Assembly: GCA_964291265.2 (NCBI GenBank)
Contig: OZ219747.1
Coordinates: 960,001 to 1,024,000 of the forward strand
From: Alphaproteobacteria bacterium
GTDB taxonomy: Bacteria; Pseudomonadota; Alphaproteobacteria; SP197
Reading direction: 5' to 3'
DNA: 64,000 nt
Both the position numbers and the translations under genes were made by a program. Positions within the stretch are counted from its first letter, which is position 1, and each line of letters opens with the position of its first letter. This document shows, one piece after another, positions 10,798-19,154 of the stretch. The notes beneath the pieces were generated by a model. That model did no database searches and was not told where the DNA came from. It was given only the letters and a program-made list of their open reading frames with translations.

Positions 10798-11188
10798 ATA
10801 CCGAGACGATTCAATCCCGATGGTGTTTCGCCACCCCTGTCGAACTACAGCCACGGCGTCGTGGTCCCGGATGGCATGAAGCAGCTGCATGTCTCGGGGC
10901 AGATCGGAATCACGCCGGACGGCGCCGTTCCCGAGGATGTCGGTGAACAGGCTTGACTGGTGCTTCGCGAATGTCCTCGCGATCCTCGCGGCGGAAGGCA
11001 TGACGGCGGACGATCTCGTGTCGCTGACGACCTACGTTGTCGGCGAGGACAATCTCGCGGCGGTGCGCCAGGCGCGCGAGGCGGCTCTCGGAGAGGTGGC
11101 GCCGGCCTCGACACTGGTCTTCGTCCCGGCCCTTGCCAGTCCGGCGCTCAAGGTCGAGGTCCAGGCGGTCGCCGCCTCGGTGGTCTGA
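10798..11188 (+). pseudogene. RidA/YjgF-family protein, frameshifted
   Basis: PPLSNYSHG...VSGQIG in one frame and CFANVLAIL...PASTLV...KVEVQAVA in another. Extra base near 10953. ATA stands at the expected start behind the RBS. Confidence 0.75.
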
Positions 11189-11201
11189 CGGCGGGAGCGG
11201 T

Positions 11202-12629
11202 CTATCCGGCCTGTGTGCCGCCGACGGTCAGGCCTTCGATCAGCATGGTTGGCTGACCGACCCCGACCGGCACGCTCTGGCCGTTCTTGCCGCATGTCCC
11301 CACGCCCGGGTCGAGCTGCATGTCGTTGCCGACCGCCTTGACGTGCTTGAGGGCGGACGGTCCGTCGCCGATCAGTGTCGCGCCCTTGACCGAGGGGCCC
11401 ACCTTGCCGTTCTCGATGAGGTAGGCCTCCGACGCGGTGAAGACAAAGGTGCCGTTGACGATGTCGACCTGCCCGCCGGAAAAGTTGACCGCATAGAGCC
11501 CGTTGGGAACCGACTCGATGATCTCTTCCGGGTCGCTGGCGCCCGACAGCATGCAGGTGTTGGTCATCCTCGGCATGGGCTGGTGGGCGTGGCTTTCGCG
11601 CCGTCCGTTGCCGGTTTTCGCCGTCCCCATCAGGTGGGCGTTCATGCGGTCCGTCATGTAGTTCTTCAGAATACCGTCCTCGATCAGCACCGTCCGTTCG
11701 CTGGGTGTGCCCTCGTCATCGATGGTGAGTGAGCCCCGTCTTCCGGCCATGGTTCCGTCGTCGATCACCGTGACTCCCGGGGCAGCCACCCGTTCGCCCA
11801 TGAGACCGGAGAATGCCGACGTCTTCTTGCGGTTGAAATCGCCCTCGAGGCCGTGTCCGACGGCCTCGTGCAGCATGACGGCCGGCCAGCCCGGACCGAG
11901 GACGACCGGCATCTCGCCGGCCGGGGCATCCACGGACTCGAGGTTGACAAGGGCGATGCGCAGGGCCTCGTCGGCATGGTTCTTCCACTGCTGGCGGCCG
12001 ATGAACTCGGCATAGGGCAGGCGGCCGCCGGTGCCATGGGAGCCCGCTTCCATGCGCTCGCCCGACTGCACGACGCAACTGATCCTGACCGAAACGAGGG
12101 GGCGGACATCCGTCACCATGCTGCCGTCGGCGCGCAGGATGGAGACCACCTGCCAGCTCGCCAGCAGGGCTGCCGTCACCTGGTGGACCCTTTCGTCCCT
12201 TGAGCGAAGCCAGGCGTCGATGTCCTCGAGCAACGCCACCTTGTCGGCGAAGGGCATCTCCGAGACGGGGTTGTCCTCGCCGTAGCGATGATGGTTGGTT
12301 CGTGCCGGCGCCAGGGCGATGTCGGCCTCGCGTCCATCGATCTGGCGCACGGTCCTGGCGGCGCGCTCGAGGGCGGCCTCGGAGAGTTCCGAGGTGTGGG
12401 CATAGGCGGTCACGTCGTCGACGATGCGCCGCAGTCCCATGCCCTGGACGACGTCGTAGCCGGCCTGCCTGAGGCGCCCGTCATCGAACACGAGGGTTTC
12501 GGACTGGCCGAACTCCATGAAGAGTTCACCGTCGTCGGCGCCCGTCAGGGCATCTCCCACGATACCGGTGACGCGTCCTTTCTCCATGCCGCTTCGCTGG
12601 AAGAAGAGGTCATCGGCTGACACGTTCAT
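11202..12629 (-). CDS. tldD: Metalloprotease TldD
   Basis: HEAVGHGLEGDFNRK, PMPRMTNT and CGKNGQSVPVGVGQP motifs. Confidence 0.96.
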   Translation of the reverse strand: MNVSADDLFFQRSGMEKGRVTGIVGDALTGADDGELFMEFGQSETLVFDDGRLRQAGYDVVQGMGLRRIVDDVTAYAHTSELSEAALERAARTVRQIDGREADIALAPARTNHHRYGEDNPVSEMPFADKVALLEDIDAWLRSRDERVHQVTAALLASWQVVSILRADGSMVTDVRPLVSVRISCVVQSGERMEAGSHGTGGRLPYAEFIGRQQWKNHADEALRIALVNLESVDAPAGEMPVVLGPGWPAVMLHEAVGHGLEGDFNRKKTSAFSGLMGERVAAPGVTVIDDGTMAGRRGSLTIDDEGTPSERTVLIEDGILKNYMTDRMNAHLMGTAKTGNGRRESHAHQPMPRMTNTCMLSGASDPEEIIESVPNGLYAVNFSGGQVDIVNGTFVFTASEAYLIENGKVGPSVKGATLIGDGPSALKHVKAVGNDMQLDPGVGTCGKNGQSVPVGVGQPTMLIEGLTVGGTQAG

Positions 12630-13218
12630 CCCTGGGGGTCTCCACCGGCAGACGTCACTTATAGCGGCTGCGCCCCGACTCCGCCAACCTTGTCGTCCGA
12701 GGGCCAAGCCAGGCCGTGAACCCGCGGCAACTGCCGTTCCCGGCCGACACCATTCGCCGCCGGGGACGCAACACCCGGCCGGCCGGTACGAAGGGGACGC
12801 CGCCCGGCACGCCGTGCTCCGAGGTGACCGGACAGCGGACCCTGTCGTCCGTCGCCCTCCGTGACCCGCTCCAGCGACATGTCCGGATCAACCCGGTCCG
12901 CTGCGGAAACGGAACCGCATCCCCCGGCCGAACCGGACCTCGCCTCGAAGCCGGCAGGCGCAATCGCCCCACCAAGGAACGCAAGGCGGCGGGACAGCTT
13001 GCGGTCTGCAGGGCCCCGGTAGCATCCCGGCAATCGAATCCAGGCAGCCCCGGGCGTGCGATCTCGGAACGCAGCCCGCTGCCTTCTGCTTCGAGCATGC
13101 GCGGACCGGTGCAGCCGGCTCGCGTTCACCGCGACCTGACGCGGGATTTCCTGAAGCCGTAAAACAGTGCATTGCGTGACGGCACGCACCGGGCTATGGT
13201 TCCACACAATTTCGTTGC

Positions 13219-13260
13219 AACGGTGAATTTGCACTTGACTTCCCGCCCTGAATACGGCGT
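13219..13260. repeat. Diverged bipartite direct repeat, copy 1 (AACGGTGAATTT ... GAATACGGCGT)
   Basis: Both motifs recur in the same order at 17077-17088 and 17141-17151. Confidence 0.6.
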
Positions 13261-13265
13261 AAAAT

Positions 13266-13300
13266 TCGCGCCTCGCGCCTCGCGCCTCGCGCCTCGCGCC
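13266..13300. repeat. Heptamer simple sequence repeat (TCGCGCC)x5
   Basis: Read directly from the sequence. Confidence 0.95.
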
Positions 13301-13656
13301 TCATATATGTATCGGCCTCACGATGCGAGCGGGCAGCACGGCGCTTCCTGACTGAGATTCGGTTGCCGGCAGCGCTGGCGGCCTGTCCATCCCCCGACGC
13401 GTGCGGCCCGGGCGCCCGGGCGCGCCGTCATAGCCCGTGGCCTCACGCGCTCTCCCCGACTCGTTTTCCGCTGCAACATCCGTTCGACAAGGCTTGTCCC
13501 GATCCCGCCCGATTTCGGCGCCGTCCGCCTGGCTGCACGGCGCGTTCCGCGTTGGGGCAGGGACCTGATATCGCCGTCGGCCGCCGGGTCCGTGGCGCAC
13601 CTGGCTCCGCCAACATTCCCCTACCCTTACCGACTGTCTGGAAAACTGGAGACTCG

Positions 13657-14589
13657 ATGATGAATGCTGTCCCGCTCTTCAAGATCACCGCTGCCCTGCC
13701 GATTGCGGCCATGCTGGCGCTGTCCGGGTGCGGCGGCGGGGGAGGAAGCGCTTCCGGCGCGCCGAAATCACCCGGCGGCAACCCGACTCCGACGCTGGCT
13801 GAGATCCGAACACTGACCGATGCGGCGGCGCCGACGGAAACGGATGTGGCTCAGGCAGCCCGTTCTCCCGGCATTGTCTCGCGCGCCGACTCCCTGCTCA
13901 TTACCACGGTCCACGGAGAATCGTCCTTGAGCGAGCTTCCCATCTTCACTCTTCGGGCCTCGTGTTCGGGAACGGTCTGCACTTTGAGCGAACCGAGAAC
14001 CGGAGTTTCGGAGACGATCCGCCTGTCCGATCTTGAGTCAGTATCCGGCGGCAACCACCAGCCGGTTGGCACGAAGCACGGCGTGACACTTGTCCGCTCA
14101 TCTGGGCGACATGAGGGAACGGATTACTTCAGTCTCGGCGCATGGATGCAGCACAGCGCCTTTGGCGTGCAGATGGAGCGGGGCACTGTTGAGGGTGTCC
14201 GGGTGGATATCCGATACGGCATTGCCGGGGGCGATCTGACGGGATCGCAGCCAAGCGGCAGCGCGACATGGCGAGGTTTGATGACCGGCACGCCGGCAAC
14301 GGGTGCGGGCCGCGGCGACAGGCTCCAGGGCGATGCGAGTCTGATCTACGACATGGGATCCCGGATGCTCGATGCTGCGTTCACGAACATCCAGAACATC
14401 GACCGGCTCCGTGCGCACTCCGTTTCCTCTGTCCGCTTCACGGGCGTTCCTGTCAACGCGCGCGGCGCGTTTCAGGCCGGCCTGACGGGCAACCGCATTG
14501 AGGGAGGATTCTACGGTCCCGATCATGCCGAAGCGGCTGGAGTTTTCGAACAGCAGAACATCGTCGGAGCCTTCGGCGCTCGCCAGTAG
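13657..14589 (+). CDS. Surface lipoprotein with transferrin-binding-protein-like C-terminal beta-barrel
   Basis: Lipobox LALSGC, Gly-rich linker, ATWRGLMTG and C-terminal IEGGFYGPDHAEAAGVF...GAFGA. GGAG RBS precedes ATG 13657. Confidence 0.8.
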   Translation: MMNAVPLFKITAALPIAAMLALSGCGGGGGSASGAPKSPGGNPTPTLAEIRTLTDAAAPTETDVAQAARSPGIVSRADSLLITTVHGESSLSELPIFTLRASCSGTVCTLSEPRTGVSETIRLSDLESVSGGNHQPVGTKHGVTLVRSSGRHEGTDYFSLGAWMQHSAFGVQMERGTVEGVRVDIRYGIAGGDLTGSQPSGSATWRGLMTGTPATGAGRGDRLQGDASLIYDMGSRMLDAAFTNIQNIDRLRAHSVSSVRFTGVPVNARGAFQAGLTGNRIEGGFYGPDHAEAAGVFEQQNIVGAFGARQ

Positions 14590-14598
14590 GGAGCTGCA

Positions 14599-14727
14599 AT
14601 GCGCTTTCCAGCATTGATCGCGCCGCTGGCGTTGCTGCTTTCCGGCTGCTCGTCAACTGCCGAGGACCCACAACCGGTCTTGCTGCTCAACGCCCCGAGA
14701 ACCCGTTGTATTCCGGCATCGACATGA
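14599..14727 (+). CDS. Small 42-aa lipoprotein, or the N-terminus of a broken lipoprotein gene
   Basis: AGGGAG RBS, then MRFPALIAPLALLLSGCSSTAEDPQ... with a lipobox. Below the ORF-track length cutoff. Confidence 0.55.
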   Translation: MRFPALIAPLALLLSGCSSTAEDPQPVLLLNAPRTRCIPAST

Positions 14728-14862
14728 TCGAAAGAACCACCAGGGGGCGGTCCATGTGGTGCAGGAAGCGCAGCCACATAGGCGCTCGGTTTCCGGAACC
14801 ACAGACTCTGGAAAACAGACTTCACATTTGGCCCACGTAGTCCAGGGGACACTGCCATCGCA

Positions 14863-15507
14863 ATGACTTCGCAAGAAATCTGCTCGACTGTCCATGAACT
14901 CTTGCGCCCGCTCCCGTTATTCGAGCGGCCAGAGCAAGTCCCGATCACCGATGGCCTTTGCTTCTTCTACGAACAGGGCGAGACCAGCCGACACGCGCCT
15001 GAGGGTCGAATCGTCCGGGTCGGCAATCACCCTCAATCCGCCGGAAACCTCGTGCCCCGCCTCCGGTACCATTACACACAATCCAAGAACAGCAGTGTCT
15101 TTCGCAGATATCTGGGCGGCGCGTTGATGCGAGCGGAGGATCCGCATCATCCGTGCCTCGCACCGGCGCCCGGAAAGGGGCACTGGGAGAAACAGAAGGG
15201 GAAGTGCTGTCATCTCTGCCAACCCGTTGAGCAGAGCGTATCTTGCCTGTTGAAGGCGCGTTTCCGGTTTCGCTGCGTCTCCATTGCCGACCGGACGAAA
15301 CGCAACCGCTTCGAGAAAGCCTTGATAGCAAGTCTTGCGGGCTGCCCTGTCTGCCGGCCGTCGCATGCGTGGTTGGGCCTCCACGCATACCCGGATGCGG
15401 TACGCTGCACCGGTATGTGGAACGTCCGTGGCGTGGGGTCCGAACCGATGTCGGGCACCGATCTTCGGCAGTTCGAGGCCGCCGCCGCTTCAACTCCGCG
15501 CGCGTGA
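14863..15507 (+). CDS. GIY-YIG-like putative nuclease
   Basis: GLCFFYE...RIVRVG...L..RL..H...SVFRR pattern; Cys-rich C-terminal half. Confidence 0.6.
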   Translation: MTSQEICSTVHELLRPLPLFERPEQVPITDGLCFFYEQGETSRHAPEGRIVRVGNHPQSAGNLVPRLRYHYTQSKNSSVFRRYLGGALMRAEDPHHPCLAPAPGKGHWEKQKGKCCHLCQPVEQSVSCLLKARFRFRCVSIADRTKRNRFEKALIASLAGCPVCRPSHAWLGLHAYPDAVRCTGMWNVRGVGSEPMSGTDLRQFEAAAASTPRA

Positions 15508-15594
15508 CGAAAGCAATGCCGATGCACTGTCTTCGTTCCCTGCTGCAAGGGAAGACCGCTGCTGCAGGCGGGTGGTTCGGGTTGCGCAGCCCTG

Positions 15595-16707
15595 TCACGC
15601 GCTGGAGGAGGCGCCCAGGGACGTGGCATCCACGCCGAGGCCCAGGATCCAGGCTTCCTCGGTCTCGACAATCCGCCGCTCTTCGGGGGTGAGGAAGGAG
15701 GGACCCGCAAAGCAGGACGCCAGCCTGCCTTCGGCGTCCAGGACGGCAAGGTGCCCGGCGGTCACCCGCACCTGGGCGCAGTCGAGAATCTCGTCCTTGC
15801 CTCTCTGCGCGTTGATGTTGTCCTTGAGCAACGAGGGATAGACTTCTGCGAACACGGCCTGCGCCTGGGGCGTCCGCAAGCCGGTCTCCAGCGGCCAGAC
15901 CTTTGCGCGGCCCGCAATACCGGGAGCCGACTTCAACCGCTTGAGGGCAGGCAGCCCCATCAACACCTGGGAGCCGACGGCACCGGCACCCCATAACTGC
16001 CAGACCGTCTTGGCGCCTTTCGCGCAACGGTCAGTGATGCGGCGCTCCTTCGGATCGGGTTCCCGGCATGTGCGTTGCGTTTCCTTCGACGGAATCCCTG
16101 GGCAATTCCACCCGGGCGGATGACCCCAGCAGGGGCCGATGACACCCGAATACTCATCGTTGATCGCCGCCGCAACGCAGAAGCGGTTGTTCTTGTTGTC
16201 AGGCGCGTCCTTGATTCTCTCCGCGAGCCAGTCCCACAAGGTCAGGGCGCATGTCTTGCCAGTCAGATGCTCCGCGACACCCGCCGGATAGCCGAAGGGA
16301 AAGTCGAAACCCGCCAGCACCCGCCGGCCCTGGTCCATTTCGCAGGATATCAATCCGGCAAGCCCTTCGAGGGCTGCATGGCGTGTGCGGGCGTACCGGG
16401 GTTCCTCCATCCTGACACCGTCTTCGATACGGGCGACGGCCCACCAGATCCCGTCCTTGGTTGGTTTCTTCGGACCCGGTTCGGCCTTCGCTGACCAGTC
16501 GACGACAATATGGGTGTGGAAGAGGGGCGCGGTTCCCTGAGAGGCCGAGGCGGAGCGATTCGGCACGGCAGGTTTCAATTCGGTTCCGGCCTGCCGGGTC
16601 AGCACGAAACGCAGGTAGTCCTCCAGTGATTGCCGGTCTGCCTCAGCCTGTGCCTTCAATGCGGCAATCGCCCGATCGTCGAGGTTTCCGATGGTCACAG
16701 TCCCCAT
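15595..16707 (-). CDS. FitA/Arc-like RHH domain fused to DUF429-like RNase H-fold protein
   Basis: N-terminal MGTVTIGNLDDRAIAALKAQA...SLEDYLR, followed by VVDWSA, GFDFPFGYP, AEVYPS and EEAWILG motifs. Confidence 0.65.
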   Translation of the reverse strand: MGTVTIGNLDDRAIAALKAQAEADRQSLEDYLRFVLTRQAGTELKPAVPNRSASASQGTAPLFHTHIVVDWSAKAEPGPKKPTKDGIWWAVARIEDGVRMEEPRYARTRHAALEGLAGLISCEMDQGRRVLAGFDFPFGYPAGVAEHLTGKTCALTLWDWLAERIKDAPDNKNNRFCVAAAINDEYSGVIGPCWGHPPGWNCPGIPSKETQRTCREPDPKERRITDRCAKGAKTVWQLWGAGAVGSQVLMGLPALKRLKSAPGIAGRAKVWPLETGLRTPQAQAVFAEVYPSLLKDNINAQRGKDEILDCAQVRVTAGHLAVLDAEGRLASCFAGPSFLTPEERRIVETEEAWILGLGVDATSLGASSSA

Positions 16708-17076
16708 GATCTTCCCTTTCTTGCCGCTGTTCCGTTCCGGCATCCCGGCTGACACTCACCTGTTCTCCGACCACGCGCCCTTCAGCGTTACGCCGACAGC
16801 AGCTGGCCACCCTGCTGATTGAGCATGGCGCAAACGGTTCGTGCCGCCTCGCGGCATTTTCGGCCTGGTTGGGGACGGACTCGATGTTGAGGACCATGCC
16901 GATCATCTGTTGCGGGAATTTCCTGTGCGCAGCAACACTCGATTTGTCCATGACGTTGAGAGAAATCTTCGAGGAAACCCGCGCCGAAGAGGAGTTTCCT
17001 CTGGACGGTCCGCCGGGCGTGCCGGGAACGGTGGCGGCATCATTATGGGAACATCTATCCAGTACGGACATCTTGA

Positions 17077-17151
17077 AACGGTGAATTTTCATTTCAAATC
17101 AAAGGGCTGTATGCAAAAATGCCGGGTGAAGTTCCGCTTGGAATACGGCGT
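17077..17151. repeat. Diverged bipartite direct repeat, copy 2
   Basis: Matches 13219-13260 with 33 extra bases between the two motifs; AT-rich. Confidence 0.6.
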
Positions 17152-17159
17152 TGTTTGTT

Positions 17160-17305
17160 CGCCTGCGAAGGATGTGCGCAACTGGTTCGACGATCTTTCC
17201 ATCACGCGGGCGGGGTCGGTGAACCGGTCGCTGGCGGTGCTGTCGTCGATGATGAGGCACGGCGAGACGCTCGGGCTGCGGCGCGAGGACTCCAACCCGT
17301 GCAAT
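17160..17305 (+). pseudogene. Tyrosine recombinase/integrase fragment
   Basis: DVRNWFDDLS...SVNRSLAVLSSMMRHGETLGLRREDSNPC resembles the core-binding domain of phage integrases. Confidence 0.6.
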
Positions 17306-17320
17306 CTGCATGGGTCCCGC

Positions 17321-18892
17321 TCATGCGGCCTCGGCGCGGATGTCGAGGAGGTTGCGCGCCTCGCGCCCGCAGGCCACGCCGACGAGGTGGACCGGGCCGG
17401 CGTGGTCGCGGTAGGTCTCGGCATAGCCCCGCTCGCGCATCTGCGCCATCGCCGCATCCAGCGCCGCGCCGCCCTTCTCCTCGCCCTCGGCCATCTTGAA
17501 CTCCAGCACGAAGACCTGCCCGCCGAGGCGCACCACCATGTCCGCACGGCCGCGGTGCGAAGCCTCCTCCACGTCGAAATCCACCCCGACCGAACGCAGG
17601 CACATATAGAGGAGGCTCGCGTACCAGGCCTCGTAGCGCGCCAGGTCGCCCTTCGCATGCCACTGGTAGGGAATGCCCGCAAGCCAGGCGCGGAGCTTCT
17701 CGCCGAAGCCGGCGAAATCGTTCGCTTCCAGCAGCGCGCAGAACTCGCGGCCCCGCTCCAGCGGCTCGACCCCCTTCCTGCTCAGCCAGGCAAGCAGTTC
17801 GTCGTTGAGGCTGAGCCTGACCTCGAGGTTGGGATAGTCCAGCCGGTAGAGGGTCCTGTGACCCTGCTTCTCTTCCCCCGCGATGGTCAGGTAGCCGGTC
17901 TGGAAGAGCAGGGCCTCGATGGCGATGTCGCCGACATCGAACTTCGAGACCAGCGACGTGTCCGCCAGCCGCCCCTCCAGCTCCATCGGGCTCACCGACT
18001 TCTCCATCAGCATGCGGAACAGGAAGTCCGGAGACCCGGTCTCGAACCAGTAGGAGCGGAACTCGCGGCTGTCGAGCAGCAGGAGCACGTCATAGGGGTT
18101 GTAGACCCGTTCCCCGCCCCGCCAGTGGTAGCCGTTGTACCAGGTGCGAATCTCCTCGCGGTCCAGCCCGACCATCTCAGGGCCGAACACCCGGTCTAGG
18201 TCCTCCTCGCGGTAGCCGCAGATCGTGGCGAAGCGCGGATCGAGGCTGATGTCCTTCAGATTGTTGAGGCCCGAGAACAGGCTGACCTTGGAGAACATGC
18301 TGACACCGGTGACGAAGACGAAGCGGACATGCCTGGCGCTGTCCTTGACGATGCCGTAGAAGCCGCGCAGGTAGTCCCGGTTGGCCCTCGCAAGCCCGGG
18401 ATCGTGGAGCACGTCGAGGATCGGCTTGTCGTACTCGTCCACCAGCACCACCACCTGCCGGCCGGTGGCGCCGTGAAGGCGGTCGAGAAGGTTCCGCAGG
18501 CGCCTCGGACCGGTATCGGATGTCCGGGCTGGCGGGAGATCGTACCCGCGCTCCACGCCCTCCAGTTGCTCGATGATGTCCCCTTCGATCTCGCCCGGTT
18601 CGTTGTACTTCCCGCCGAAGCTCAGCCGCACCACCGGATGCGGCGCCGACCAGTCCCAGTGGGGGTGGATGTCCAGTCCCCGGAACAGGGGTTCGTCACA
18701 GGCGAACAGCGATCGCAGGGTGTCGAGCAGCAGGCTCTTGCCGAAACGGCGCGGACGCGACAGGAAGTAGTGGCGCCCCTCGTCCACCAGACGCCGGACG
18801 AGCGACGTCTTGTCGACGTAGTAGAAATCCTCGCCCTCGCTGCGGATCGTCGGAAAGTCCTGGATCCCGATCGGAAGACGGCGGCGGGTCAT
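17321..18892 (-). CDS. AAA-ATPase-like (PF09820-type) + PD-(D/E)XK nuclease (PDDEXK_9-type), copy 1
   Basis: LPIGIQDF, YVDKT, Walker A RPRRFGKS, Walker B VLVDEYD, YNGY, PNLEV and nuclease E...GRAD...LEFK motifs. Confidence 0.92.
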   Translation of the reverse strand: MTRRRLPIGIQDFPTIRSEGEDFYYVDKTSLVRRLVDEGRHYFLSRPRRFGKSLLLDTLRSLFACDEPLFRGLDIHPHWDWSAPHPVVRLSFGGKYNEPGEIEGDIIEQLEGVERGYDLPPARTSDTGPRRLRNLLDRLHGATGRQVVVLVDEYDKPILDVLHDPGLARANRDYLRGFYGIVKDSARHVRFVFVTGVSMFSKVSLFSGLNNLKDISLDPRFATICGYREEDLDRVFGPEMVGLDREEIRTWYNGYHWRGGERVYNPYDVLLLLDSREFRSYWFETGSPDFLFRMLMEKSVSPMELEGRLADTSLVSKFDVGDIAIEALLFQTGYLTIAGEEKQGHRTLYRLDYPNLEVRLSLNDELLAWLSRKGVEPLERGREFCALLEANDFAGFGEKLRAWLAGIPYQWHAKGDLARYEAWYASLLYMCLRSVGVDFDVEEASHRGRADMVVRLGGQVFVLEFKMAEGEEKGGAALDAAMAQMRERGYAETYRDHAGPVHLVGVACGREARNLLDIRAEAA

Positions 18893-18979
18893 CGGTCTCT
18901 CCCTCGCGGCGCTGGAACCTGCGGTTGATGCGGGGTGCTTAAGCCTCCCCTGTCATGGCTCCGAATGTCCCGTAACTCC

Positions 18980-19008
18980 ACGCTATCCGCCTGCCTGCCC
19001 ATGAGCAA
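18980..19008 (-). promoter_or_regulatory. Putative sigma70 promoter of copy 1 (TTGCTC-N17-TAGCGT)
   Basis: Same motif and spacing upstream of all four copies. Confidence 0.5.
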
Positions 19009-19019
19009 GAGACAGATAC

Positions 19020-19145
19020 TTCGACGATCTTTCCATCACGCGGGCGGGGTCGGTGAACCGGTCGCTGGCGGTGCTGTCGTCGATGATGAGGCACGGCGAG
19101 ACGCTCGGGTTGCGGCGCGAGGACTCCAACCCGTGCAATCTGCAT
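19020..19145 (+). pseudogene. Duplicate of the integrase fragment
   Basis: Near-identical to 17186-17311. Confidence 0.7.
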
Positions 19146-19154
19146 GGGTCCCGC

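Noticed and set aside
8673-10814. 713-aa minus-strand ORF, and similar ones at 36263-38548 and 53361-55796
   Set aside because: Shadows of gshA/ubiA, the ISAs1 transposase and cobT.
16760-17070. Short ORFs between the RHH fusion and the integrase fragment
   Set aside because: No recognisable motif in any frame; probably decayed sequence.
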